Of a DNA stretch of 64,000 nucleotides, positions 47,250 through 58,474 are shown piece by piece; positions within the stretch are counted from its first letter, which is position 1; the number at the start of each line of letters is the position of its first letter. The notes under the pieces are model-generated. The model saw nothing but the letters and a program-made list of their open reading frames with translations. It did no database searches and had not been told where the DNA came from. Source of the stretch: Escherichia coli (GTDB taxonomy: Bacteria > Pseudomonadota > Gammaproteobacteria > Enterobacterales > Enterobacteriaceae); NCBI RefSeq assembly GCF_003018255.1, contig NZ_CP027440.1; one strand, given 5' to 3'. The position numbers and the translations under genes are program-made.

Positions 47250-47332
47250 GCATTTGTTTTTGCTTTCTCTGCCGGAATTCTCAGGAGAACCCCGCTAACC
47301 CGGCGGCGTGTTTGCCGTTGTTCCGTGTCAGT

Positions 47333-47368
47333 GGTGGCGCATTATAGGGAGTTATTCCGGCCTGACAA
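47333..47368 (-). promoter_or_regulatory. rrn P1 promoter (TTGTCA-N16-TATAAT) with A/T-rich UP region upstream
   Basis: TTGTCAGGCCGGAATAACTCCCTATAATGCGCCACC; GC-rich discriminator. Confidence 0.6.
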
Positions 47369-47452
47369 GCAAAAAATATAAAAACTTTATCGTTCGCTCA
47401 TTTTTCAGGCAAAACATCTTAAACATAGTCTTTTCCGTCTAATTTATAGACA

Positions 47453-47478
47453 AAAACGAGCCCCGAAGGGCTCGTTTT
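47453..47478 (-). terminator. Rho-independent terminator of clpB
   Basis: AAAACGAGCCC-TTCG-GGGCTCGTTTT perfect hairpin 5 bp after the clpB stop. Confidence 0.65.
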
Positions 47479-47482
47479 ATCA

Positions 47483-50056
47483 TTACTGGACGGCGACAAT
47501 CCGGTCTTCATTAACTTCCAGGCGAATAACTTTACCCGGAACCAATTCACCAGACAGTATTTGCTGTGCCAGCGGGTTTTCGATCTGCTGCTGGATAGCA
47601 CGTTTCAGCGGACGTGCACCATAGACCGGATCGTAACCGTTCTCGCTCAGCAGTTTCAGCGCCTCGTCAGAAATGTGGATTTCATAACCACGTTCTTCCA
47701 GACGTTTGTACAGACGTTTCAACTGAATCTGCGCAATCGACGCAATGTGCTGTTCACCCAGCGGATGGAAGACCACCACTTCATCGATACGGTTAATGAA
47801 TTCCGGACGGAAGTTATGGCTTACCACACCGAGCACCAGCTCTTTCATGTGCGCATAATCCAGTTCACCGAAGCGTTCCTGAATCAAATCGGAACCGAGG
47901 TTAGAGGTCATAATGACAACCGTATTACGGAAGTCGACCGTTCTCCCCTGCCCGTCAGTCAGACGCCCATCATCCAGTACCTGCAACAGAATGTTGAAGA
48001 CATCCGGATGCGCTTTTTCCACTTCATCCAGCAGGATGACGGAATACGGACGACGACGCACAGCTTCGGTCAGGTAGCCACCTTCTTCATAACCGACATA
48101 TCCCGGAGGCGCACCAACCAGACGAGACACCGAGTGTTTCTCCATAAACTCGGACATATCGATACGGACCATCGCCTCGTCGCTATCAAACATAAAGTTC
48201 GCTAGCGCCTTACAAAGCTCAGTTTTCCCCACACCGGTTGGGCCGAGGAACAGGAATGAACCAATCGGGCGATTTGGATCCGCCAGCCCCGCACGGCTAC
48301 GACGAATAGCGTTAGATACCGCATCAACCGCTTCGTTCTGACCAATAACGCGATGGTGCAGTTCTTGCTCCATACGCAGCAGTTTTTCGCGCTCGCTTTC
48401 CATCATGCGAGAAACCGGAATCCCCGTCCAACGCGCCAGCACTTCAGCAATTTCGGCATCGGTCACTTTATTACGCAACAGACGCATAGTTTTGCCTTCG
48501 AGCTGCGTTGCGGCTTCCAGTTGCTTTTCCAGTTCCGGGATTTTGCCGTATTGCAGTTCAGACATCCGCGCCAGGTCCCCCACACGGCGAGCCTGTTCAA
48601 TAGCGATTTTCGCCTGTTCCAGTTCCGCTTTAATGGTCTGTGTACCAGAAAGCGATGCTTTCTCTGCTTTCCACTCTTCTTCTAACTCGGAGTACTGACG
48701 TTCTTTGTCGCTCAGTTCTTCGTTGAGCATATCCAGGCGTTTTTTACTGGCTTCATCAGACTCTTTCATTAACGCCTGTTGTTCCAGTTTGAGCTGAATG
48801 ATACGGCGATCGAGTCGGTCGAGTTCTTCTGGTTTTGAGTCAATCTGCATACGAATGCTGGATGCTGCCTCATCGATCAGGTCGATGGCTTTATCTGGCA
48901 GCTGACGGTCAGCAATGTAGCGATGAGACAACGTCGCCGCTGCAACAATTGCCGGGTCAGTAATTTGCACATGGTGGTGCAGTTCGTAACGTTCTTTTAA
49001 GCCACGCAGAATAGCAATGGTGTCTTCAACAGAAGGCTCGGCAACAAACACTTTCTGGAAACGACGCTCCAGCGCAGCATCTTTTTCGATGTACTGGCGA
49101 TATTCGTCAAGCGTCGTGGCACCTACGCAGTGCAATTCACCACGCGCCAGCGCCGGTTTCAGCATGTTTCCGGCGTCCATTGCGCCATCGGCTTTACCCG
49201 CACCGACCATGGTATGTAATTCGTCGATAAACAGGATGACGTTGCCTTCCTGTTTGGCAAGATCGTTAAGCACGCCTTTTAAACGTTCTTCAAACTCACC
49301 GCGATATTTCGCCCCAGCCACCAGCGCGCCCATATCCAGCGCCAGTACGCGGCGGCCTTTCAACCCTTCCGGCACTTCGCCGTTGATAATACGCTGCGCC
49401 AGACCTTCAACGATGGCAGTTTTACCGACACCGGGTTCACCAATCAGTACCGGGTTATTTTTAGTACGACGTTGCAGCACCTGAATGGTACGGCGAATTT
49501 CTTCATCACGACCAATCACCGGATCGAGTTTGCCCTGTTCGGCTCGTTCGGTAAGGTCGATGGTATATTTTTTCAAAGCCTGACGTTGGTCTTCAGCACC
49601 TTGATCGTTCACGCTTTCACCTCCACGCATTTGTTCAATCGCTTGAGTAATGTTGGCGGTGGTCGCCCCTGCTGCTTTCAGGATGTCGGCCAGCGTGCCG
49701 CGAGACTCAAGTGCCGCCAGAACGAACAGTTCTGACGAGATAAAGTTATCACCACGTTTTTGCGCCAGCTTGTCGCAAAGATTAAGAACGCGCACCAGAT
49801 CCTGTGATGGCTGGACATCACCACCAGTACCTTCAACCTGTGGTAAACGATTTAATGCCTGATTGATATCTGTGCGCAACTGGCCAGCATTAATGCCAGC
49901 GGATGTTAATAAAGGACTAACCGAACCCCCTTCCTGATTCAGCAGGGCGCTCATTAAATGAAGTGGTTCGATGAATTGGTTGTCGTGCCCGAGTGCAAGT
50001 GATTGGGCATCGGCAAGAGCAAGCTGGAATTTATTAGTAAGACGATCCAGACGCAT
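47483..50056 (-). CDS. clpB: Disaggregase chaperone ClpB
   Basis: 857-aa product starting [18 protein letters not shown]; two AAA+ modules and coiled-coil M domain. Confidence 0.95.
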
Positions 50057-50094
50057 AACTCCTCCCATAACGGATCAAAGTTGCTACTGGAGAT

Positions 50095-50123
50095 TAAATG
50101 AGGTCATCCCTCAATTATTCAAG
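50095..50123 (-). promoter_or_regulatory. Sigma32 heat-shock promoter of clpB (CTTGAA-N14-CCTCATTTA)
   Basis: Match to the sigma32 consensus CTTGAAA/CCCCATNT with correct spacing. Confidence 0.55.
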
Positions 50124-50185
50124 GTTATTGACCAGATTAATGTGAAAAGAAAATCACGCGTACCGGATCGTCTTGATTCTTTAGG

Positions 50186-50917
50186 TTATATCAGCCAAAT
50201 GAAACTTGCCATACGACCGGTGGTCTTGTCGCGACGATAAGAGAAGAAAGTCTCATTTTCCGTATATGTACAACGGTCACCGCCGAAAATTTGTTCGACA
50301 CCGACGTTCGCCAGACGCTGCCGGGCAAGGAGATAAATATCCGCCAGATACTTATCACCATGCTGAATGAAAGCTGTACTCGCTTTGGCGTCTACTGCCA
50401 TAAACGCCTCGCGAACCTCCGCCCCCACTTCAAACGCGCGTGGACCAATTGCCGGCCCTAACCAGGCGAGAATATTTTCCGGATTATCAGCAAAACAGGA
50501 AACCGTCTCTTCCAGCACGCCTGAGCACAGTCCACGCCAGCCAGCATGAGCGGCGGCGACTTCCGTTCCCGCTCGATTGCAAAACAGCACGGGGAGGCAG
50601 TCGGCAGTCATCACTGCGCAAACCGTGCCCGGCGTGTTGCTATAAGAGGCATCTGCTCGTTTTGAGGCATAAGGTTCGCCAGTAAGCTTAAGCACATCTT
50701 TGCCGTGTACCTGCTCAAGCCAGACCGGTTTTGAAGGCAAATTGCCCGCAGCAAAAAGTCGCTTACGATTCTCTTCAACGTGATCCGGGTTATCGCCACA
50801 ATGAGCACCGAGGTTGAGCGAATCATACGGGGGCAAGCTCACGCCGCCGATACGAGTGGAGCTACAGGCCGCAACACCTTTTGGCAGCGGCCACTGCGGG
50901 ACAATCAGCTTACTCAT
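50186..50917 (-). CDS. pgeF: Purine nucleoside phosphorylase / polyphenol oxidase-like protein (DUF152)
   Basis: 243-aa ORF; synteny with K-12 yfiH between rluD and clpB. Confidence 0.85.
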   Translation of the reverse strand: MSKLIVPQWPLPKGVAACSSTRIGGVSLPPYDSLNLGAHCGDNPDHVEENRKRLFAAGNLPSKPVWLEQVHGKDVLKLTGEPYASKRADASYSNTPGTVCAVMTADCLPVLFCNRAGTEVAAAHAGWRGLCSGVLEETVSCFADNPENILAWLGPAIGPRAFEVGAEVREAFMAVDAKASTAFIQHGDKYLADIYLLARQRLANVGVEQIFGGDRCTYTENETFFSYRRDKTTGRMASFIWLI

Positions 50918-51894
50918 AACCAGTCCACTTCATCCTTATGCTCTTCGAAATCGGCGCGCATCACCTCAATCAGCTCCACCATATCTTCTGGAATAGGCGC
51001 ATGCCATTCCATTTCGATACCGGAGATCGGGTGATAAAGACGCAGCATGGTTGCATGAAGCGCCTGGCGGTCAAACTTACGCAGCGTGGAGATAAACGCT
51101 TCCGAAGCACCTTTTGGCGGACGCGGACGGCCACCATAAACCGGATCGCCCACCAGCGGATGAGTGATATGGGCCATATGCACGCGGATCTGGTGCGTAC
51201 GTCCGGTTTCCAGACGCAACCGCAGACGCGTGTGCACACGGAAGTGTTCCATGATGCGATAGTGAGTGACCGCCGGTTTACCCATCGGATGCACCGCCAT
51301 GTGAGTACGTTTGGTCGGGTGGCGGCTGATTGGTTCATCTACTGTACCGCCAGCGGTCATATGACCAATTGCCACCGCTTCATACTCACGAGTAATTTCA
51401 CGCCGTTGCAAAGATTCGACTAAACGCGTCTGAGCCGGAACGGTTTTTGCCACAACCATCAGGCCGGTGGTGTCTTTATCCAGACGATGGACGATGCCCG
51501 CACGCGGTACATCGGCAATGGGCGGATAATAATGAAGCAACGCATTCAGTACCGTACCATCCGGGTTACCCGCGCCAGGATGTACCACCAGGTCGCGTGG
51601 TTTATTAATGACGATGATATCTTCATCTTCATAGACGATATCCAGCGGGATATCCTGCGGTTCAAAACGCGCTTCTTCTTCAATCTCAGCGTTGATGGCC
51701 ACCTGCTCGCCACCCAATACTTTTTCTTTCGGCTTATCACAAACTTTGCCGTTAACCAGCACGCGCTGGTCGAGGATCCATTCTTTTATTCGCGAACGTG
51801 AATAATCCGGGAACATTTCGGCCAAAGCCTGATCTAAGCGTTGACCGAGTTGGTTTTCGGACACCGTTGCAGTGAGCTGTACTCGTTGTGCCAT
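50914..51894 (-). CDS. rluD: 23S rRNA pseudouridine(1911/1915/1917) synthase
   Basis: 326-aa ORF with S4 domain and RluA-family catalytic motif HRLDKDTTGL. Confidence 0.95.
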   Translation of the reverse strand: MAQRVQLTATVSENQLGQRLDQALAEMFPDYSRSRIKEWILDQRVLVNGKVCDKPKEKVLGGEQVAINAEIEEEARFEPQDIPLDIVYEDEDIIVINKPRDLVVHPGAGNPDGTVLNALLHYYPPIADVPRAGIVHRLDKDTTGLMVVAKTVPAQTRLVESLQRREITREYEAVAIGHMTAGGTVDEPISRHPTKRTHMAVHPMGKPAVTHYRIMEHFRVHTRLRLRLETGRTHQIRVHMAHITHPLVGDPVYGGRPRPPKGASEAFISTLRKFDRQALHATMLRLYHPISGIEMEWHAPIPEDMVELIEVMRADFEEHKDEVDWL

Positions 51895-52028
51895 ATATAC
51901 TGCTTCTTCGTTTATCGTTGGGGTTTTACGGCTTTGCCGTTTAATATAGTGTGCTATTGTAGCTGGTCTTAACCGGGAGCAGGAACAGAGAATCTCCCGT
52001 ATTACATTTTGAGGAAAGTCAAAACGTC

Positions 52029-52766
52029 ATGACGCGCATGAAATATCTGGTGGCAGCCGCCACACTAAGCCTGTTTTTGGCGGGTTGCTCGGGGTCAAAG
52101 GAAGAAGTACCTGATAATCCGCCAAATGAAATTTACGCGACTGCACAACAAAAGCTGCAGGACGGTAACTGGAGACAGGCAATAACGCAACTGGAAGCGT
52201 TAGATAATCGCTATCCGTTTGGTCCGTATTCGCAGCAGGTGCAGCTGGATCTCATCTACGCCTACTATAAAAACGCCGATTTGCCGTTAGCACAGGCTGC
52301 CATCGATCGTTTTATTCGCCTTAACCCGACCCATCCGAATATCGATTATGTCATGTACATGCGTGGCCTGACCAATATGGCGCTGGATGACAGTGCGCTG
52401 CAAGGGTTCTTTGGCGTTGACCGTAGCGATCGCGATCCTCAACATGCACGAGCTGCGTTTAGTGACTTTTCCAAACTGGTGCGCGGCTATCCGAACAGTC
52501 AGTACACCACCGATGCCACCAAACGTCTGGTATTCCTGAAAGATCGTCTGGCGAAATATGAATACTCCGTTGCCGAGTACTATACAGAACGTGGTGCATG
52601 GGTTGCCGTCGTTAACCGCGTAGAAGGCATGTTGCGCGACTACCCGGATACCCAGGCTACGCGTGATGCGCTGCCGCTGATGGAAAATGCATACCGTCAG
52701 ATGCAGTTGAATGCGCAAGCTGAAAAAGTAGCGAAAATCATCGCCGCAAACAGCAGCAATACATAA
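52029..52766 (+). CDS. bamD: Outer membrane protein assembly factor BamD
   Basis: 245-aa TPR lipoprotein with lipobox LAGCSG. Confidence 0.95.
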   Translation: MTRMKYLVAAATLSLFLAGCSGSKEEVPDNPPNEIYATAQQKLQDGNWRQAITQLEALDNRYPFGPYSQQVQLDLIYAYYKNADLPLAQAAIDRFIRLNPTHPNIDYVMYMRGLTNMALDDSALQGFFGVDRSDRDPQHARAAFSDFSKLVRGYPNSQYTTDATKRLVFLKDRLAKYEYSVAEYYTERGAWVAVVNRVEGMLRDYPDTQATRDALPLMENAYRQMQLNAQAEKVAKIIAANSSNT

Positions 52767-52789
52767 CAGAAACCTGAAACACAAAACGG

Positions 52790-52803
52790 CAGCCCTTGAG
52801 CTG
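52790..52803 (+). repeat. Left copy of target-site direct repeat CAGCCCTTGAGCTG flanking IS4
   Basis: Identical 14-mer at 54231-54244 directly abutting the other IS terminus. Confidence 0.7.
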
Positions 52804-54230
52804 TAATGCCGATCAGTTAAGGATCAGTTGACCGATCCAGTGGCTGTGTAAGAATCCGGAAACGCTCACTTGTTTCCGGATTTTTTTATGCACATTGGAC
52901 AGGCTCTTGATCTGGTATCCCGTTACGATTCTCTGCGTAACCCACTGACTTCTCTGGGGGATTACCTCGACCCCGAACTCATCTCTCGTTGCCTTGCCGA
53001 ATCAGGTACTGTAACGCTACGCAAGCGCCGTCTTCCCCTCGAAATGATGGTCTGGTGTATTGTTGGCATGGCGCTTGAGCGTAAAGAACCTCTTCACCAG
53101 ATTGTGAATCGCCTGGACATCATGCTGCCGGGCAATCGCCCCTTCGTTGCCCCCCAGTGCCGTTATTCAGGCCCGCCAGCGCCTGGGAAGTGAGGCTGTC
53201 CGCCGCGTGTTCACGAAAACAGCGCAGCTCTGGCATAACGCCACGCCGCATCCGCACTGGTGCGGCCTGACCCTGCTGGCCATCGATGGTGTGTTCTGGC
53301 GCACACCGGATACACCAGAGAACGATGCAGCCTTCCCCCGCCAGACACATGCCGGGAACCCGGCGCTCTACCCGCAGGTCAAAATGGTCTGCCAGATGGA
53401 ACTGACCAGCCATCTGCTGACGGCTGCAGCCTTCGGCACGATGAAGAACAGCGAAAATGAGCTTGCTGAGCAACTTATAGAACAAACCGGCGATAACACT
53501 CTGACGTTAATGGATAAAGGTTATTACTCACTGGGACTGTTAAATGCCTGGAGCCTGGCGGGAGAACACCGCCACTGGATGATACCTCTCAGAAAGGGAG
53601 CGCAATATGAAGAGATCAGAAAACTGGGTAAAGGCGATCATCTGGTGAAGCTGAAAACCAGCCCGCAGGCACGAAAAAAGTGGCCGGGACTGGGAAATGA
53701 AGTGACAGCCCGCCTGCTGACCGTGACGCGCAAAGGAAAAGTCTGCCATCTGCTGACGTCGATGACGGACGCCATGCGCTTCCCCGGAGGAGAAATGGCG
53801 GATCTGTACAGTCATCGCTGGGAAATCGAACTGGGATACAGGGAGATAAAACAGACGATGCAACTGAGCAGGCTGACGCTGAGAAGTAAAAAGCCGGAGC
53901 TTGTGGAGCAAGAGCTGTGGGGTGTCTTACTGGCTTATAATCTGGTGAGATATCAGATGATTAAAATGGCGGAACATCTGAAAGGTTACTGGCCGAATCA
54001 ACTGAGTTTCTCAGAATCATGCGGAATGGTGATGAGAATGCTGATGACATTGCAGGGCGCTTCACCGGGACGTATACCGGAGCTGATGCGCGATCTTGCA
54101 AGTATGGGACAACTTGTGAAATTACCGACAAGAAGGGAAAGGGCCTTCCCGAGAGTGGTAAAGGAGAGGCCCTGGAAATACCCCACAGCCCCGAAAAAGA
54201 GCCAGTCAGTTGCTTAACTGATCGGCATTA
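52804..54230 (+). mobile_element. IS4-family insertion sequence (IS4-like, 1427 bp) with 18-bp perfect terminal inverted repeats
   Basis: IRL TAATGCCGATCAGTTAAG at 52804-52821 equals the reverse complement of IRR at 54213-54230; single internal DDE transposase gene of about 442 codons; flanking 14-bp direct repeat; size fits IS4 (about 1426 bp). Confidence 0.85.
52888..54217 (+). pseudogene. insG: IS4 transposase, reading frame split by +1 frameshift in a C6 run (53150-53155)
   Basis: ORF 52888..53193 (MHIGQALDLVSRYDSL...) and ORF 53147..54217 overlap in different frames; joined they give about 442 aa with the IS4-family YREIK motif ([13 protein letters not shown]). Confidence 0.75.
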
Positions 54231-54244
54231 CAGCCCTTGAGCTG
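54231..54244 (+). repeat. Right copy of target-site direct repeat CAGCCCTTGAGCTG flanking IS4
   Basis: Identical to 52790-52803. Confidence 0.7.
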
Positions 54245-54423
54245 CCGTTTTTTTATTCTGTTAGTTGTGAAACTGAAGCGATTTAGTCACTATCGATCTC
54301 ATCAAATATGGCTCGCTTTGAGATATTCCTCAAGTAAAAAAACACCTCTTCCTGCGATTTCTCACAAAAAAGATTCGTTGACAAAAAGTGACAAAATTAT
54401 GAGATTTCCATCACACATTTTGA

Positions 54424-54819
<396 letters not shown>

Positions 54820-54842
54820 TCCTTTATATTGAGTGTATCGCC

Positions 54843-54866
54843 AACGCGCCTTCGGGCGCGTTTTTT
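54843..54866 (+). terminator. Rho-independent terminator of raiA
   Basis: CGCGCC-TTCG-GGCGCG hairpin followed by TTTTTT. Confidence 0.6.
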
Positions 54867-54922
54867 GTTGACAGCGTGAAAACAGTACGGGTACTGTACT
54901 AAAGTCACTTAAGGAAACAAAC

Positions 54923-54970
54923 ATGAAACACACACCGTTTTTCTTCGCATTCTTTTTTACCTTCCCCTGA
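54923..54970 (+). CDS. pheL: pheA leader peptide (15 aa, 7 Phe codons)
   Basis: Translates to [15 protein letters not shown]; immediately followed by the attenuator. Confidence 0.8.
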   Translation: [15 protein letters not shown]

Positions 54971-55016
54971 ATGGGAGGCGTTTCGTCGTGTGAAACAGAA
55001 TGCGAAGACGAACAAT

Positions 55017-55046
55017 AAGGCCTCCCAAATCGGGGGGCCTTTTTTA
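55017..55046 (+). terminator. pheA attenuator terminator
   Basis: AAGGCCTCCC-AAAT-CGGGGGGCCTT hairpin followed by a T-run, 20 bp upstream of the pheA ATG. Confidence 0.7.
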
Positions 55047-55068
55047 TTGATAACAAAAAGGCAACACT

Positions 55069-56229
55069 ATGACATCGGAAAACCCGTTACTGGCGCTGCG
55101 AGAGAAAATCAGCGCGCTGGATGAAAAATTATTAGCATTACTGGCAGAGCGACGCGAACTGGCCGTCGAGGTGGGAAAAGCCAAACTGCTCTCGCATCGC
55201 CCGGTACGTGATATTGATCGTGAACGCGATTTGCTGGAAAGATTAATTACGCTCGGTAAAGCGCACCATCTGGACGCCCATTACATTACTCGCCTGTTCC
55301 AGCTCATCATTGAAGATTCCGTATTAACTCAGCAGGCTTTGCTCCAGCAACATCTCAATAAAATTAATCCGCACTCAGCACGCATCGCTTTTCTCGGCCC
55401 CAAAGGTTCTTATTCCCATCTTGCGGCGCGCCAGTATGCTGCCCGTCACTTTGAGCAATTCATTGAAAGTGGCTGCGCCAAATTTGCCGATATTTTTAAT
55501 CAGGTGGAAACCGGCCAGGCCGACTATGCCGTCGTACCGATTGAAAATACCAGCTCCGGTGCCATAAATGACGTTTACGATCTGCTGCAACATACCAGTT
55601 TGTCGATTGTTGGCGAGATGACGTTAACTATCGACCATTGTTTGTTGGTCTCCGGCACTACTGATTTATCCACCATCAATACGGTCTACAGCCATCCGCA
55701 GCCATTCCAGCAATGCAGCAAATTCCTTAATCGTTATCCGCAATGGAAGATTGAATATACCGAAAGTACGTCTGCGGCAATGGAAAAGGTTGCACAGGCA
55801 AAATCACCGCATGTTGCTGCGTTGGGAAGCGAAGCTGGCGGCACTTTGTACGGTTTGCAGGTACTGGAGCGTATTGAAGCGAATCAGCGACAAAACTTCA
55901 CCCGATTTGTGGTGTTGGCACGTAAAGCCATTAACGTGTCTGACCAGGTTCCAGCGAAAACGACGTTGTTAATGGCGACCGGGCAACAAGCTGGTGCGCT
56001 GGTTGAAGCGTTGCTGGTACTGCGCAACCACAATCTGATTATGACCCGTCTGGAGTCACGCCCGATTCACGGTAATCCATGGGAAGAGATGTTTTATCTG
56101 GATATTCAGGCCAATCTTGAATCAGCGGAAATGCAAAAAGCATTGAAAGAGTTAGGGGACATCACCCGTTCGATGAAGGTATTGGGCTGTTACCCAAGTG
56201 AGAACGTAGTGCCTGTTGATCCAACCTGA
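55069..56229 (+). CDS. pheA: Bifunctional chorismate mutase / prephenate dehydratase
   Basis: 386-aa ORF with CM, PDT and ACT domains. Confidence 0.95.
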   Translation: MTSENPLLALREKISALDEKLLALLAERRELAVEVGKAKLLSHRPVRDIDRERDLLERLITLGKAHHLDAHYITRLFQLIIEDSVLTQQALLQQHLNKINPHSARIAFLGPKGSYSHLAARQYAARHFEQFIESGCAKFADIFNQVETGQADYAVVPIENTSSGAINDVYDLLQHTSLSIVGEMTLTIDHCLLVSGTTDLSTINTVYSHPQPFQQCSKFLNRYPQWKIEYTESTSAAMEKVAQAKSPHVAALGSEAGGTLYGLQVLERIEANQRQNFTRFVVLARKAINVSDQVPAKTTLLMATGQQAGALVEALLVLRNHNLIMTRLESRPIHGNPWEEMFYLDIQANLESAEMQKALKELGDITRSMKVLGCYPSENVVPVDPT

Positions 56230-56271
56230 TGAAAAGGTGCCGGATGATGTGAATCACCCGGCACTGGATTA

Positions 56272-57393
56272 TTAGTGACGGTTGTCATTCGCCTGACGCA
56301 ATAACACGCGGCTTTCACTCTGAAAACGCTGTGCGTAATCGCCGAACCAGTGCTCCACCTTGCGGAAACTGTCAATAAACGCCTGCTTATCGCCCTGCTC
56401 CAGCAACTCAATCGCCTCGCCGAAACGCTTATAGTAACGTTTGATTAACGCCAGATTACGCTCTGACGACATAATAATGTCGGCATACAGTTGCGGATCC
56501 TGGGCAAACAGTCGCCCAACCATCGCCAGCTCAAGGCGGTAAATCGGCGAAGAAAGCGCCAGAAGTTGCTCAAGCTGAACATTTTCTTCTGCCAGGTGCA
56601 GCCCATAAGCAAAAGTAGCAAAGTGGCGCAGTGCCTGAATAAACGCCATATTCTGATCGTGCTCGACAGCGCTAATACGATGCAGCCGAGCGCCCCAGAC
56701 CTGAATTTGCTCCAGAAACCATTGGTATGCTTCCGGCTTACGTCCATCACACCAGACCACAACTTGTTTTGCCAGGCTACCGCTGTCCGGGCCGAACATC
56801 GGGTGTAACCCCAGCACCGGACCATCATGCGCCGCCAGCATGGCCTGTAATGGTCCATTTTTCACCGATGCCAGATCGACCAGAATACAATCTTTCGGTA
56901 AAGGCGGTAATTTGCCAATAACTTGTTCAGTAACGTGGATGGGCACACTAACAATCACCATTCCGGCATCGGCAACTATCTCAGCCGCTCGATCCCAGTC
57001 ATGTTGCTCCAGAATCCGCACCTGATAACCCGATAGTGTCAGCATCTTCTCGAACAGGCGTCCCATCTGACCGCCACCGCCGACGATAACCACCGGGCGC
57101 AGTGACGGACAAAGCGTTTTAAATCCTTTGTCGTTTTCACTGGAGTAAGATTCACGCATCACCCGACGCAAAACATCCTCAATCAGATCTGGCGGTACAC
57201 CCAGAGCTTCCGCCTCTGCACGACGCGAGGCCAACATAGATGCCTCGCGCTCCGGAACATAAATAGGCAGTCCAAAGCGGCTTTTCACCTCGCCCACTTC
57301 AGCAACCAGTTCCAGACGCTTCGCTAATAAATTCAGCAGCGCTTTATCGACTTCATCAATTTGATCGCGTAATGCGGTCAATTCAGCAACCAT
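56272..57393 (-). CDS. tyrA: Bifunctional chorismate mutase / prephenate dehydrogenase
   Basis: 373-aa ORF; convergent with pheA. Confidence 0.95.
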   Translation of the reverse strand: MVAELTALRDQIDEVDKALLNLLAKRLELVAEVGEVKSRFGLPIYVPEREASMLASRRAEAEALGVPPDLIEDVLRRVMRESYSSENDKGFKTLCPSLRPVVIVGGGGQMGRLFEKMLTLSGYQVRILEQHDWDRAAEIVADAGMVIVSVPIHVTEQVIGKLPPLPKDCILVDLASVKNGPLQAMLAAHDGPVLGLHPMFGPDSGSLAKQVVVWCDGRKPEAYQWFLEQIQVWGARLHRISAVEHDQNMAFIQALRHFATFAYGLHLAEENVQLEQLLALSSPIYRLELAMVGRLFAQDPQLYADIIMSSERNLALIKRYYKRFGEAIELLEQGDKQAFIDSFRKVEHWFGDYAQRFQSESRVLLRQANDNRH

Positions 57394-57403
57394 AATAAAC
57401 CTC

Positions 57404-58474
57404 TTAAGCCACGCGAGCCGTCAGCTGCCCGTTCAGATCCTGATGAATTTCACGCAGCAAGGCATCGGTCATTTCCCAGCTAATGCAGGCATCGGTTACG
57501 GATACACCGTATTTCATTTCACTGCGCGGTTGCTCGGAAGACTGATTGCCCTCGTGGATATTACTTTCGATCATCAGACCAATAATTGAGCGATTGCCAT
57601 CTTTGATTTGAGCAACCACGGATTCTGCCACCGCAGGCTGACGGCGATAATCTTTATTGGAATTACCGTGGCTGCAATCTACCATCAGAGACGGGCGCAG
57701 TCCCGCCTGTTCCATCTCTTTTTCACATTGCGCAACATCCGCAGGGCTATAGTTCGGCGCTTTACCACCGCGCAGGATCACATGCCCGTCCGGATTCCCC
57801 TGAGTTTGTAGCAACGCCACCTGCCCTGCCTGGTTAATGCCAACAAAACGGTGCGGCTGGGCGGCGGCACGCATAGCGTTAATAGCCGTTGCAAGGCTGC
57901 CGTCGGTGCCGTTTTTAAAACCAACCGGCATGGAAAGCCCGGAGGCCATTTCACGGTGTGTTTGCGATTCCGTTGTACGAGCACCAATTGCTGACCAGCT
58001 AAACAGATCGCCCAGGTATTGCGGGCTATTCGGATCTAACGCTTCCGTCGCCAGTGGCAGTCCCATATTCACCAGCTCAAGCAGCAATTTACGCGCGATC
58101 TGCAGCCCGGCTTCTACATCAAAAGAGCCATCCATATGGGGATCGTTAATCAACCCTTTCCAACCGACAGTGGTACGGGGTTTTTCAAAATAGACGCGCA
58201 TTACCAGATAGAGGCTATCGCTGACCTCTGCGGCAAGGGCTTTAAATCGACGAGCATATTCCAGAGCAGTTTCCGGATCATGAATGGAACAAGGACCACA
58301 TACTACCAACAGACGAGGATCGCGCCCGGCGATAATATCTGAAATGGTTTTACGCGAGTCAGCAATCTGGGCTTCCTGTTGCAGGCTTAATGGAAAAGCG
58401 GCCTTCAGTTGTTCCGGAGTCATTAAAACTTGTTCGTCGGTAATATGTACGTTATTCAGCGCGTCTTTTTGCAT
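57404..58474 (-). CDS. aroF: Tyr-sensitive DAHP synthase
   Basis: 356-aa product starting [15 protein letters not shown] (ORF track start trimmed). Confidence 0.95.
   Translation of the reverse strand: MQKDALNNVHITDEQVLMTPEQLKAAFPLSLQQEAQIADSRKTISDIIAGRDPRLLVVCGPCSIHDPETALEYARRFKALAAEVSDSLYLVMRVYFEKPRTTVGWKGLINDPHMDGSFDVEAGLQIARKLLLELVNMGLPLATEALDPNSPQYLGDLFSWSAIGARTTESQTHREMASGLSMPVGFKNGTDGSLATAINAMRAAAQPHRFVGINQAGQVALLQTQGNPDGHVILRGGKAPNYSPADVAQCEKEMEQAGLRPSLMVDCSHGNSNKDYRRQPAVAESVVAQIKDGNRSIIGLMIESNIHEGNQSSEQPRSEMKYGVSVTDACISWEMTDALLREIHQDLNGQLTARVA

Noticed and set aside
47561-49735. Plus-strand ORFs (up to 214 aa) inside clpB
   Set aside because: Antisense shadow ORFs within a conserved chaperone gene.
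50069-50185. Possible small RNA in the clpB-yfiH spacer
   Set aside because: The 117-bp spacer is fully accounted for by the clpB sigma32 promoter and leader; no independent terminator or promoter seen.
52870-52887. TTG start at 52870 extending the transposase N-terminus (MFPDFF...)
   Set aside because: The extension lies inside the hairpin and T-run and has no ribosome-binding site; ATG at 52888 is the more plausible start.
52804-54230. First impression that the insertion sequence is IS186
   Set aside because: Element length (about 1.43 kb), 18-bp inverted repeats and a transposase of about 442 aa with the motif [13 protein letters not shown] fit IS4, not IS186 (about 1.34 kb, different transposase).
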